This document shows positions 26,543 through 36,079 of a stretch of 64,000 bases of DNA, piece by piece (the stretch's first letter is position 1; each line of letters starts with the position of its first letter). A program made the position numbers and the translations under genes. The notes below the pieces were generated by a model. The model saw nothing but the letters and a program-made list of their open reading frames with translations, searched no databases and had not been told where the DNA came from. Source of the DNA: a virus; IMG/VR virus record IMGVR_UViG_3300020404_000006. One strand, written 5' to 3'.

Positions 26543-28291
26543 TTAGTAACCTCTCTTATATTTAGCGGATTCATCTTCTGGGTTGATGATGATTGTATTT
26601 TTACCACTCATAGGTTTGATTTCTTTTACCTTATCTGGATACTTCTTATCTATCTCCCATAGAAATTCTTCACGCCAATCAGAGTATGACTCATTCTTTT
26701 GCTTAAGTTTGTTGATTGCTCTTTCTCTCGCTTCATCCTCCTTCATCTGTTTATAGGTTCTCATTTTTCTCCTACCCATTCTCTTTGCTTCCTGTTCTGC
26801 TTTGATGAAGTTAGTTGCCTCCTTGACTTCTGTTTTTTTAGGTCTTCCTTGTGTGGTTTTCTTAGTTTTGTTCTCAGGTTTTTGGGCATTATATGCAGCT
26901 TGTGCTTTCCTATATCCCGCTTCATCACCTTTGTAACTTCTTACGTTAGGTCTCTTAAGTTTCTGTTCTTTTGGTTTCTCTTCTTTTTTCTTGGGTACTG
27001 TTGTGGCCTTGACAGTGATTGCCTTACTTTGTGGAGTCGCATCATCTTTCTTTCCTTGTTTCCTCATTGCAGCCATCAATCTATCTGCGCCTGCATCAGC
27101 CTTCTTCCTTCTCTTACTTTCTTTTTCGGCCGCTGAGATAGCTCCCTTCACTATAGGAGAATCGGTCTCTCCACCTTTCTTATCAGTGGATGTAAGTTTA
27201 GGTTGATCGGGTTTAGAACCAGTAAGTTTTTTATTCTTCTTTGGAAATAGTTTATCGAAGTTTTTCTTCGCTTCATCCGATGCTGATCCTGTTGTTGCTA
27301 CTTTTCCGCCTGGAGATCTTACAATACTACCACCCTTAATAGATTCTCCAGAGTCTTTCTCTACCTGTTTCCTAGCAGCATCGTCTTTTGATGCTACCTT
27401 CTCTTGTTTCTTGACTATTTTATTATCAGGCGATGTATTGAACTTCTTCAGCGCCGTAGAGTCTATACTCTGTTGTGGTGACTTGGATGTTACATTACTG
27501 GTTTGTTTCCTTGGTTTTTCTTTATACTGTCTATACTTATCCTCTGCCGTCTTTCTTGCATCTTGTCTCCTTTTCTGACCTTCTCTATATCTTTTTTCTT
27601 GCTTAACCTCAGGCTTAACAGCATCACCTGTGATAGTCCTACCGCCTGTAGTTTTTACTGTTTTATCCTTAACTCCAAGTGCTTTCTTTCCTATTGATTT
27701 GACAGCTTTACCTAGTAAACTACTTACTCCAGTTGAACCAGTTTTACCAGTTTGTTGTCCTGATCCTGTAACTTTACTTCTCTTTGGTAAATCTTGTTGT
27801 TCTTGTTCTTTCTTTTTCCTTTTGTAAGCATCAATACCACCAGCCACGGTAGCTCTACCTCTACGAGCAAGAGCTCTCATGTTAGTTCCAAGTCCAGTTC
27901 CAGTGGTTGCATCCTCTGTATCTGGTCTGAATTTTGCAAATCCTGCTACAGTTCCGCCTGCTGCGGAAAGTTTTCTTTGTCCTGACTTAGATCCTGCAGC
28001 GGCAGCGGCTTTTGCCTTATTCCTATCCAAAGTTGCCTGTATTCCAGGCTTCTTTGATCCATCAGATCTTCTATATCCAGGCCTCTGAGGCCTCTGAGGA
28101 ATACTAGGAGCCTTCGATGGGGTGGCACCACCCTCCATGTTCCTTGGAGGTACAGGAGATCTAGCTCCTTGAGTGGTGGAATTAGTAGTAACTTGAGTTT
28201 TATTCTTTTGGGCAAAACGTTTTGAGACATCCACCCCAACAATCTCAGTTATTGGAGACTGTTCATATTCAAATTGTTCAAAGCTTTTCAT
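26543..28291 (-). CDS. Highly basic low-complexity protein with MKSFEQF leader (probable head-internal protein)
   Basis: 582 aa, Lys-rich; leader ends PITE|I; C-terminal YSDWREEF motif resembles FSNWRDEL in 1153..2844. Confidence 0.8.
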   Translation of the reverse strand: MKSFEQFEYEQSPITEIVGVDVSKRFAQKNKTQVTTNSTTQGARSPVPPRNMEGGATPSKAPSIPQRPQRPGYRRSDGSKKPGIQATLDRNKAKAAAAAGSKSGQRKLSAAGGTVAGFAKFRPDTEDATTGTGLGTNMRALARRGRATVAGGIDAYKRKKKEQEQQDLPKRSKVTGSGQQTGKTGSTGVSSLLGKAVKSIGKKALGVKDKTVKTTGGRTITGDAVKPEVKQEKRYREGQKRRQDARKTAEDKYRQYKEKPRKQTSNVTSKSPQQSIDSTALKKFNTSPDNKIVKKQEKVASKDDAARKQVEKDSGESIKGGSIVRSPGGKVATTGSASDEAKKNFDKLFPKKNKKLTGSKPDQPKLTSTDKKGGETDSPIVKGAISAAEKESKRRKKADAGADRLMAAMRKQGKKDDATPQSKAITVKATTVPKKKEEKPKEQKLKRPNVRSYKGDEAGYRKAQAAYNAQKPENKTKKTTQGRPKKTEVKEATNFIKAEQEAKRMGRRKMRTYKQMKEDEARERAINKLKQKNESYSDWREEFLWEIDKKYPDKVKEIKPMSGKNTIIINPEDESAKYKRGY

Positions 28292-28298
28292 GTGTATC

Positions 28299-29135
28299 CT
28301 ACTTTTGGATGGATTTGTGTGCCTTAAAAATGGAACTTGCGTGTTTTTCGATTACCTCTTCTGAGATAGTTTCTTCTACTTCTTCCTCTGGTTTTGAGAA
28401 TACAACTGGACTCTTGACATTGAAACTCTCGTTCTTGGGACGGCAATCATTTACCAGTTTACCACCTTTCATTTTCATACCCACCTTCTTATGGGTGTCC
28501 CAACAATCCTTTGCTTTACCCTCTTCAATCTCAACTTCTACCTCTTCTTTCTTCATCGCCTTTCCGATTGCCTTACGACGATTCTTAAGGTATGAATCAG
28601 AATCATCTACATCACCATCATTATCGACATCATCATCTTCTTTTCCGACTGGATCTAATTTCTTTTTCTTTTTCTTTCCTTCCTCTAAAGGAGATACTTT
28701 ATACCTAGTACCAGACATCTCTCCAAGAGTAGTAAGGTTTGCTGCAACCTGATCCCAGAGTCTATCTACCAGTTTCTCATCTGGATTACCTAGTGGTTCT
28801 GGAGTAACAACATCAGTAATCTCATGAGTTAAATTACCATCTGCATCATGCAATTCAACAGATTCAGCGTTGTTTAATTGACCTTTCCCTCTGATCTTAT
28901 CAGCGACATTACCGACTGTACTAGCAACATTAGCAACCTTCCCTACAGTACTGGCAACCTTTCCTACCTTACTAGCAACAGCCATTCCCTTAGCGAGCAA
29001 GGGGGCAACAGCTAGAGGTGCGAGCTCATCTATTTGTTCTTTATCATCATGCTCGATGACTTTACCATCAGCATCTTTTTGATGATGTTCATACATTGAC
29101 TTATAAGCGTCAACCAGTTTTGAGTCGTCAGTCAT
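28299..29135 (-). CDS. Modular late protein
   Basis: 278 aa; KLVDAYKSMYE leader; ASxVGKV repeats; DDDVDNDGDVD acidic loop; C..H.KVGMKMKGGK.V.DC module; late-like ATAAATA 29171-29177. Confidence 0.8.
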   Translation of the reverse strand: MTDDSKLVDAYKSMYEHHQKDADGKVIEHDDKEQIDELAPLAVAPLLAKGMAVASKVGKVASTVGKVANVASTVGNVADKIRGKGQLNNAESVELHDADGNLTHEITDVVTPEPLGNPDEKLVDRLWDQVAANLTTLGEMSGTRYKVSPLEEGKKKKKKLDPVGKEDDDVDNDGDVDDSDSYLKNRRKAIGKAMKKEEVEVEIEEGKAKDCWDTHKKVGMKMKGGKLVNDCRPKNESFNVKSPVVFSKPEEEVEETISEEVIEKHASSIFKAHKSIQK

Positions 29136-29173
29136 GGTGGTAAATTAATTAGATAGTCCTTGTCTATCCTTAT

Positions 29174-30550
29174 TTATCCCTTTCCAACCTTATAAGGTAT
29201 AGATGTATCATTATACTTTGTGCCAGGTCCACTAGCAGGGTCATTAGGATTCTTAACCTTCTTACCATCATAGTAAGACCCAGTGGTGATTGGTTTTATA
29301 ATTGGATCATCATTCCACTTTTTATCACCTTGGCCTGGTGTCATTCTCTGCATGTATTGTCTATACTCATCCGTGCCTACATCATATGCCTCTGTCAAAT
29401 CTTTCAACCATGCTTTGTACATAGTAGACTCTGGAGTTTGTACGATAACATGATTCGCACCTCTCCTAGTAATTCTACCCCTGACTCCAGTGTTTACATT
29501 CTCTACTAATGATCCTACTTTGAAACATTGTTCTTTTAGATATGCAACTCTTAGTCCAAAAGGATCTAGTTTAGGTGCATACTGCCATGTCTCAGAGGAT
29601 AATGATCCTCTAAGTTGATCATCAGTGGCTCCCATAGATTTTTGGATAAGGTTGAAGAGATTCTTCTTCTCCATATTACCTAAGTTAGGGATACCCTTTG
29701 CAAACCCTTTGAAGTCATCCTTTGCTACTGCATCTCTCATCTTAGATGCAGACATACCCTCAATACCTTCGGAGTCTGGGTCTCTTGCACCAGCAGATAT
29801 GACTTGAAGATCCTCAAATTCGTACAAATCACCATTATATTTTTGTGCAAGACTCTGGAATTCAGATAGTCTATCCTGTCCTACAACTATTGTTATTGCT
29901 TTGTATCCTAGATTGAAGGCACCTGTAAGAACATCAAATATAGTTCTTGCATTAGGATCATCTTTGATATCCTCTTCATAATCTGGGAACATCTTCCTCA
30001 TATATTCTATCTTCGCACCAGGCTGTAGAGGATTCTTCTTAGAATCTACACTACGACTTGGATATACCTTCAAGTCATATCCCAATCTACCAGCTTCTGC
30101 AGCTGCTTTGTCTAATAATTTTTGATGACCTACGGTTGGTGGGTTGAATCTACCAAATACAACTACTGCACCTTCACTAGTAGGTGCTCCCATTACCTCT
30201 GCTGTCTGTTGATCAGATTCACCAGGCTCAGGTGATTTAGTTGCGGTAGCAGAAGGATCCTCCTTTGGTTTTGGTTTTGGAGCGGGTGCAACTGCAGCAG
30301 GTGCTTTCTTCTGAGCAGTGGGTTTTTCTGGTGTGGCCACCTTAGTAGATTTTGGATCCTCGGTATCGGCCGCACCTCCTCCTCCTGTGTATTTAAGTTT
30401 ACCGTTTACTGTCTTTGCTACAAAATTTCCTTTGGCATCATACCATCCTCCATGACCGTCGCCCTTTAATCCCTTGAGTTTAGCCTCAGTGGATGCAGCA
30501 GTCTTTACAGCTTCTGTTAAAAATTGACCGAAGGATTTCACAAAATTCAA
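29174..30550 (-). CDS. HxGH nucleotidyltransferase (T4-like 'cytidyltransferase' family, NMNAT-like)
   Basis: VVFGRFNPPTVGH, SASKMR; late promoter AATAAATA at 30567-30574; leader MNFVKSFGQFLTE|A. Confidence 0.85.
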   Translation of the reverse strand: MNFVKSFGQFLTEAVKTAASTEAKLKGLKGDGHGGWYDAKGNFVAKTVNGKLKYTGGGGAADTEDPKSTKVATPEKPTAQKKAPAAVAPAPKPKPKEDPSATATKSPEPGESDQQTAEVMGAPTSEGAVVVFGRFNPPTVGHQKLLDKAAAEAGRLGYDLKVYPSRSVDSKKNPLQPGAKIEYMRKMFPDYEEDIKDDPNARTIFDVLTGAFNLGYKAITIVVGQDRLSEFQSLAQKYNGDLYEFEDLQVISAGARDPDSEGIEGMSASKMRDAVAKDDFKGFAKGIPNLGNMEKKNLFNLIQKSMGATDDQLRGSLSSETWQYAPKLDPFGLRVAYLKEQCFKVGSLVENVNTGVRGRITRRGANHVIVQTPESTMYKAWLKDLTEAYDVGTDEYRQYMQRMTPGQGDKKWNDDPIIKPITTGSYYDGKKVKNPNDPASGPGTKYNDTSIPYKVGKG

Positions 30551-30577
30551 TAGACGAGTACAGTTTTATTTATTCCA

Positions 30578-31837
30578 TTAAGAAATTTTGTTAAATTTGA
30601 CAGCAAGGTTCTGGAATTGTCCCATCTTGTGCATTGCACCTACCTTGTTAGTCCTAGTGGTGAAAGCCATTGACATGACTGAACCATCACTCAATACAAT
30701 ATTGAAATCTTGTTTACCACTACCCGCTTGTGCCCTTACACTTGTCACCGCAGATAAGGCAGCAGATAATTTTTCATTAGTATTATCTAAACTCGCATCA
30801 GTTTCTGTAGCCTTTACTGTTATTGCTGGAGTTTTAAACCCTGAGTATGCAATCTTTTGAGTAATATATTTTTTTGCCATAGTAAAATTACTATTGAAAA
30901 GATTGATTATCTCTTGTCGTACAATACTTAAATTAGAATCATATAGTCTATTATACTCAGCCTCATTCTCCTGTTCAAATTGAAAAGTCTTTAGTGCCAA
31001 TTTTGATGTTCCCCAGAAAGCATAGTCAGACTTATCAATACCCTCTATAGATTCATAGTTTGGCCATAGTTTATCTTTGATTGCATTGTAAGCAGTCTGT
31101 TCACCAAAGAAATCAAATATTGGTTTTACATATGTGTTCAACTTAGGTTCGGCAGATTTTGCGGTTCCAGCCTTCAAACTGATACCTAACATACCACCAT
31201 TTCTATACTGAACAAAAATATCGCCTGGATGACTTCCCTCTACACCACTTGGTTTTGCTCTGTATCCCCAGTAACATTGTGCAATAGGATGTTTTGCACT
31301 ATGAGATCTCAACCATTTTGTTATATTCTTTGCGTTTGTTACTTTTGTTTGAAATGATCCGTTCTCTGCCTGATCTATAAACTTCTTTCCAGCAGCTGCG
31401 TCCTGTGATGTCAGGTAGTATGCAGCACTAGGATTGTTTGCTTTTCTAATTGCTTGATAAAAATCCTTTACTGATAGATTGGGACTGATATTATTCATGA
31501 AAGCAATACATGGAAACAGTTCCGTCATGGAAGAGTTCAACGTTGTCATTGACATACCACCCTTTCTGGGCTTGTATATAAACGTCAAAATAGTTCCGTC
31601 ACTCATCCTTACACAGGATACAGGAACGGAACTAATAGATTTCTGTTCGTTATAAACTCTGCCTAGTCTTGATAGAAGTCCTTCTACATCTGATTTAGTT
31701 CTATCTCTGTCATCAGATTTCACAACATAAGTGACTTGTTTAGAAGTTGCACCTTTTACTTCAACATCCCTATCAGGAATATTAATCTCTTGTAAGATCT
31801 GATTTAGTTGTAATACTTCTTCAGCAGTTCTAGCCAT
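30578..31837 (-). CDS. Possible PD-(D/E)xK nuclease-fold protein
   Basis: 419 aa; HPGDIFVQY...LGISLK; late-like CTAAATA at 31851-31857. Confidence 0.6.
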   Translation of the reverse strand: MARTAEEVLQLNQILQEINIPDRDVEVKGATSKQVTYVVKSDDRDRTKSDVEGLLSRLGRVYNEQKSISSVPVSCVRMSDGTILTFIYKPRKGGMSMTTLNSSMTELFPCIAFMNNISPNLSVKDFYQAIRKANNPSAAYYLTSQDAAAGKKFIDQAENGSFQTKVTNAKNITKWLRSHSAKHPIAQCYWGYRAKPSGVEGSHPGDIFVQYRNGGMLGISLKAGTAKSAEPKLNTYVKPIFDFFGEQTAYNAIKDKLWPNYESIEGIDKSDYAFWGTSKLALKTFQFEQENEAEYNRLYDSNLSIVRQEIINLFNSNFTMAKKYITQKIAYSGFKTPAITVKATETDASLDNTNEKLSAALSAVTSVRAQAGSGKQDFNIVLSDGSVMSMAFTTRTNKVGAMHKMGQFQNLAVKFNKIS

Positions 31838-31853
31838 GAGTTTTTGATACTAT

Positions 31854-32258
31854 TTAGAGGTCTCCCTCCTGTCTATTCTCAGAATAGAATACATCAAAAC
31901 TACCGCCTGGGTATCTCTTTTCCAGTTTCTTAACATTGGTTGCAATTACATCATCAAATGAAATGTCCAAAGCCATACAAGCGTTTGCAACATACCACAT
32001 GATATCACCTAGTTCTGTTACAAGATGATGTTTGTTTGCACCATTCCAAGGCTTTCCTTGAAACACCATCTTCTTTACAATCTCAGTGAACTCACCCGCT
32101 TCAGCAGACATACCTACTGCAGCAGTCAAAAGTCTTTCAATGTTCGCACCCTGTCCATCCAACTCAACCATACGGTCAGCGAGATTAACAAAGTCTTTGG
32201 AAGCGTCAGAGGTTACGGCATCTACGAATGTCTCGTACCTTTTAAAATCAATAGTCAT
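31854..32258 (-). CDS. mazG: MazG-like nucleotide pyrophosphohydrolase
   Basis: GMSAEAGEF.E.VKK...ELGDIMWY...N..KL..RY. Confidence 0.93.
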   Translation of the reverse strand: MTIDFKRYETFVDAVTSDASKDFVNLADRMVELDGQGANIERLLTAAVGMSAEAGEFTEIVKKMVFQGKPWNGANKHHLVTELGDIMWYVANACMALDISFDDVIATNVKKLEKRYPGGSFDVFYSENRQEGDL

Positions 32259-33640
32259 TAGAATTTCAACGTTGCGAACTTGTCTTTAATCTTTTTAGAT
32301 TCATCATTATTATACTCCTCATCCTGTCCACTGTCAACTATATCATCCTGAGCACTCTGGTCACAATCAAATAGTTTCATTTTTGAACGATCAATACCAA
32401 TAACAAATCTCTTATTCATATTGATATCATTGTATCTATTCTTCAACTGTTTGACCATGATTTGATTTACTTCCTCTAATTCCTCCGTAGAAATAAGAGC
32501 AAACATAAGGTCGGCAGTAGCGGGAAGACCGAATGACTCAGAGGTATCTGTAAGATCAACGTCACTGTTACTATACCCACTACGAGTGGTTTGAGTTGCG
32601 GATACGATGGGAACATCTGTTTCGACTGCAAGGCCTCTAAGTTCTTCAGCGATTGCTTTGATGTAGGAGTATGAGTTGACATTAGAACCAGCCCTATAAC
32701 GTGATGATGCACATATATTTAAGTAATCAATGAAGATAATGTCAGGTTTGAAAGACTTTTTAAGTGCAAGTTCATTCAACAAACCTTTGAAATGTCCTGA
32801 GTGTGCAGCAGCGGTAGGATACTCTTTGATGATAAGATTACCTTGAGTCTTTTCTGACAATTTAGTAACCTTAGTTTCAAACATCTGACGAGGAATCTCT
32901 GTCAACTGTTGTACAGGTATGTTTAAAAGATTAGCATCAATTCTTTCAGCAATCTTCTCCTCAGCCATCTCAAGCGTGATGTATAATACGTTCTTGCCTT
33001 GGAGTAACACACTGCTTGCGACATGACACATAAACAAAGACTTACCAACACCAGTGCCAGCGAGAGCAATATTGAGTGTTTTATTTGGAAGGCCACCCTT
33101 TGTAATCTTGTTGAAAAATTCGAGGTCAAACTCGATTCTATCTTCCTTCTTGTGGTAGAAGTCAAATCTCTCCTCATAATCTTCTAGGTAATCGTGTCCA
33201 ACATGGTTATCAAACCCAACAGCAAGTGCATCTGATAGGATAGCAGGGATAGCATCAACACCTTTCTTGATGTCATGACCATCTGCAATAGAGATACTCT
33301 CGACCAGTGCAAGATAGATTGCTCTTTCTTTACACCACTTCTCTGTAGTATCTATCAACCAATCATCTACTGCATCTTCTTTACTTGTCTGATTCAGGCA
33401 ATCTAAAATTTCTTTGTAGGTATCATCATTGATATCTTTTCTCTTCTCACATTCAATGGAGAGGATCTCTACAGTAGGGCACTTGTCATAGTCTACAATG
33501 AACCTTGCACACTCTTCAAATATAATCTTGTCTGTTGTCTTATCAAAGTAATCAGGTTTCAGAAAAGGCAATACCTTCCTAGTATAATCCTCATTAAATA
33601 TGAGATTCTTGATGATCGTATTTTCAATAGTTTCAATCAT
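32258..33640 (-). CDS. gp41: Replicative DnaB-like helicase (T4 gp41)
   Basis: AGTGVGKS Walker A, YITLEM, IFIDY, SATQTTR; likely start at 33640 (ATGA overlap). Confidence 0.95.
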   Translation of the reverse strand: MIETIENTIIKNLIFNEDYTRKVLPFLKPDYFDKTTDKIIFEECARFIVDYDKCPTVEILSIECEKRKDINDDTYKEILDCLNQTSKEDAVDDWLIDTTEKWCKERAIYLALVESISIADGHDIKKGVDAIPAILSDALAVGFDNHVGHDYLEDYEERFDFYHKKEDRIEFDLEFFNKITKGGLPNKTLNIALAGTGVGKSLFMCHVASSVLLQGKNVLYITLEMAEEKIAERIDANLLNIPVQQLTEIPRQMFETKVTKLSEKTQGNLIIKEYPTAAAHSGHFKGLLNELALKKSFKPDIIFIDYLNICASSRYRAGSNVNSYSYIKAIAEELRGLAVETDVPIVSATQTTRSGYSNSDVDLTDTSESFGLPATADLMFALISTEELEEVNQIMVKQLKNRYNDINMNKRFVIGIDRSKMKLFDCDQSAQDDIVDSGQDEEYNNDESKKIKDKFATLKF

Positions 33641-34179
33641 TGATAATGAAGATATGTACTCATGATGTACTTTGGTGATCCGCCCTTGACAGGATATCCT
33701 CTGTGTGGATATTGCCATGTGGGTGGGAATACTAACACTTTACCAGTTTCAGGCGAAACTGTCAATTCATTGTAAGGAAAATCAGTCTCTCCTCCTACAA
33801 AATCGTCATTAAGATAAAAGAGAAAAGCAAGATATCTCTTTGCACTCATATGATCTTGAACATCAGTATGTAATCCAAACTGGTCATCGCCTGGATCATA
33901 CTTTTTGATTCTAAATTCTTCAAAGAAAAATCTATCAGGAAACCACTCCACATATTCTGGTAGATCTTTCTTATATTGTTTTATTACATCTACAGTTTTA
34001 TAACACAATAGTTGTACAAACTTATCAAACTTACCAGCCGTGTTTAAATTTACCTGAGTAAAATCAGGCACTCCACCATTCTCTACTCTCTGTTTTTTCT
34101 CACAGTTTTCGTATATTTCTATGATAGATTTGCATAATGATTCATCAAAAACCTCATAGGTCTTGATGAATTTATCCAT
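33637..34179 (-). CDS. 2OG-Fe(II) oxygenase (prolyl-hydroxylase-like)
   Basis: HTD..., FLFYLND.F.GGET.F, VLVFP..W.YPH, KY; likely start MDKFIK at 34179. Confidence 0.85.
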   Translation of the reverse strand: MDKFIKTYEVFDESLCKSIIEIYENCEKKQRVENGGVPDFTQVNLNTAGKFDKFVQLLCYKTVDVIKQYKKDLPEYVEWFPDRFFFEEFRIKKYDPGDDQFGLHTDVQDHMSAKRYLAFLFYLNDDFVGGETDFPYNELTVSPETGKVLVFPPTWQYPHRGYPVKGGSPKYIMSTYLHYQ

Positions 34180-35173
34180 AGCTGAACGTCTCCCCTGCAA
34201 TCTCCTCCAACTTTGCCATAACTTCGTCAGTAAAATATTCTTCGGGGGAAGCCAGTATTTTCTTTGCGTAGACTTTCTTGCCGTCGATTTCGTATCTTCC
34301 AGCAACATTTTTCCAGAGTCCGCCAAGTTCTCCTAGTTCGAGTAGTCCATAATATCTATCCAAACCACGTTCATCATAGTATAACCTTATGGATACTTCC
34401 TTGTTTTCTTTACTCAGACGCGACTTGTGTGTCTTAGCTTTAATAATATTTCCAACGACTTCCGTTCCTTCCTTTTCCTTAGCTTTTCTGAGATAAATGA
34501 TTGTGCTTGCCGCATACTTGAGGCCGCTGCCTCCGCCCATCTCTTTGGTGGGAACGTATGATCCGATAACATCATAGGTATGATTGGTAACGATTAGTGG
34601 AATGTTTGCTTGACCAAGTTTAAGAGTCAACATTCTAAATGCACCTTTGACAAGTTGAGATTTAGTCATATCTCTTACTTGTTTATCATCTAACGCATCA
34701 CGAATCTCTTTCTCAGTAGAAAGCATGCCTAGAGAATCCAATACAAACATACATGGTTTGCGATTCTCTTCATCTGTCTTAAGGTATATATCTACTGCTT
34801 TGAGTGCCTTTGATCTAAACTCTTCAATCGTTACCACATTGACAACAACGAGCCTTTGGAGATCAATTCCTCTAGACTCAAGTAGTCCCCTATTGACAGC
34901 AGCTTCAGTGTCAAAATATAAACAATACCCATCAGGGTTATTGTCAAGGAAATTTTTAACGACAGCGAGGCTGAAGAAAGTTTTTCCAGTAGAAGACTCC
35001 CCAGCAATAGCAGTAATCTTGTTCCTAGATACACCACCAAATATACTACCTGATACGAGTCCGTTAAAAATGTACGAACCTGTGTCAATAAATTCTTCAG
35101 TCGATTCTGCCTCGGAGGCAAGTTGGGTGTACTCATCTCCAATCTCTTTTACAATTTCTTTTAAAAAATCCAT
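34172..35173 (-). CDS. uvsX: RecA-like recombinase (T4 UvsX)
   Basis: GESSTGKT, FDTE, LDSLG, MGGGSG. Confidence 0.95.
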   Translation of the reverse strand: MDFLKEIVKEIGDEYTQLASEAESTEEFIDTGSYIFNGLVSGSIFGGVSRNKITAIAGESSTGKTFFSLAVVKNFLDNNPDGYCLYFDTEAAVNRGLLESRGIDLQRLVVVNVVTIEEFRSKALKAVDIYLKTDEENRKPCMFVLDSLGMLSTEKEIRDALDDKQVRDMTKSQLVKGAFRMLTLKLGQANIPLIVTNHTYDVIGSYVPTKEMGGGSGLKYAASTIIYLRKAKEKEGTEVVGNIIKAKTHKSRLSKENKEVSIRLYYDERGLDRYYGLLELGELGGLWKNVAGRYEIDGKKVYAKKILASPEEYFTDEVMAKLEEIAGETFSYG

Positions 35174-35188
35174 AATGATTTACTTCTG

Positions 35189-35851
35189 TTATAATTCTAC
35201 CACAGACCACAATAAATTACCAGCGATTGATATTCTTGGTTCATCTGTGTTATAAAATGGATACACTTGATGATGTAGATTAGATGGGAATAACATCATA
35301 GCACCTTCCATTTCTGGACTCATGAAGATAGGAAACTCAATAGTGTTTCCTAGAACATCAGTATAGGTAAACTGAAAGTCTGATGCGGCTTTTGAATGAA
35401 ATGGCAGATTGTGTTGTTCCACATAATCTGTTGGGATCTTCATCCAGATCACAAATGATGTGATGCCTGTATGACCGTGTTCGGGATTGAACTCAGTTTG
35501 ATATTGATAGTTTACCCACCAATTTAATCTGAACTCTGTTGTAAGTTTGTGATCCAACTTTGGGTCAATATCTATGGGAGGAAAGTAATGCTTTGGGTCT
35601 TCATCTATCAACCTTTGTGTTAGAGGACCTACAACTTGATCTCTGAATTTGTTATCAGGGTCTTTCAATCCCAAACTGCCAGTTATATTACCAGCAAGTC
35701 TGTAACTGTAATCGTTACTATTATTGACATTATCTTTCTCCGCCTGTTTTACAACAGACCAAAGATAAGACATCCAATCTTCACTAAGTTTAGTTTTATA
35801 TATCGGAAGGTTAGGTAATTGAAACGCTTCCCATGATACTTCACTTGTCAT
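35189..35851 (-). CDS. 2OG-Fe(II) oxygenase-like protein
   Basis: WVNYQ..TEFNPEH.H, LFPS.L.HQVYPF, RISIAGN; likely start at 35851. Confidence 0.75.
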   Translation of the reverse strand: MTSEVSWEAFQLPNLPIYKTKLSEDWMSYLWSVVKQAEKDNVNNSNDYSYRLAGNITGSLGLKDPDNKFRDQVVGPLTQRLIDEDPKHYFPPIDIDPKLDHKLTTEFRLNWWVNYQYQTEFNPEHGHTGITSFVIWMKIPTDYVEQHNLPFHSKAASDFQFTYTDVLGNTIEFPIFMSPEMEGAMMLFPSNLHHQVYPFYNTDEPRISIAGNLLWSVVEL

Positions 35852-35999
35852 GTTTGTTTGGATAAAACACTTGAACGAATGATTCACACTTAGGGCATGA
35901 AAGATTAGTCACTATAGAATACTCATCTTCACAATGGTAATCTTCAGCGTCAAAGTCTGAACCCCATATTAGTTCAGTATTGCAATGCCAACAATTCAT
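35841..35999 (-). CDS. 52-aa Cys4 zinc-ribbon-like protein (not in ORF track)
   Basis: MNCWHCNTELIWGSDFDAEDYHCEDEYSIVTNLSCPKCESFVQVFYPNKHDK; ATGA overlap upstream. Confidence 0.75.
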   Translation of the reverse strand: MNCWHCNTELIWGSDFDAEDYHCEDEYSIVTNLSCPKCESFVQVFYPNKHDK

Positions 36000-36079
36000 T
36001 TCTTAAAGACTCCAAATTTAGCAAGAAGATATACTGACAATATTGTCCAGAATACAACTTCTAATCCTATGTTGTTCAT
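35996..36079 (-). CDS. 27-aa single-TM peptide (not in ORF track)
   Basis: MNNIGLEVVFWTILSVYLLAKFGVFKK; overlaps both neighbours' stop/start. Confidence 0.65.
   Translation of the reverse strand: MNNIGLEVVFWTILSVYLLAKFGVFKK

Noticed and set aside
28900-28990. Short tandem DNA repeats resembling a mini-array
   Set aside because: In-frame coding repeats (ASxVGxV) with no spacers and no cas genes; not CRISPR
33641-34326. Extended N-termini given by the ORF track for gp41 (33718) and the oxygenase (34326)
   Set aside because: They overlap upstream genes extensively; internal ATGs at 33640 and 34179 give coupled starts and protein-like termini
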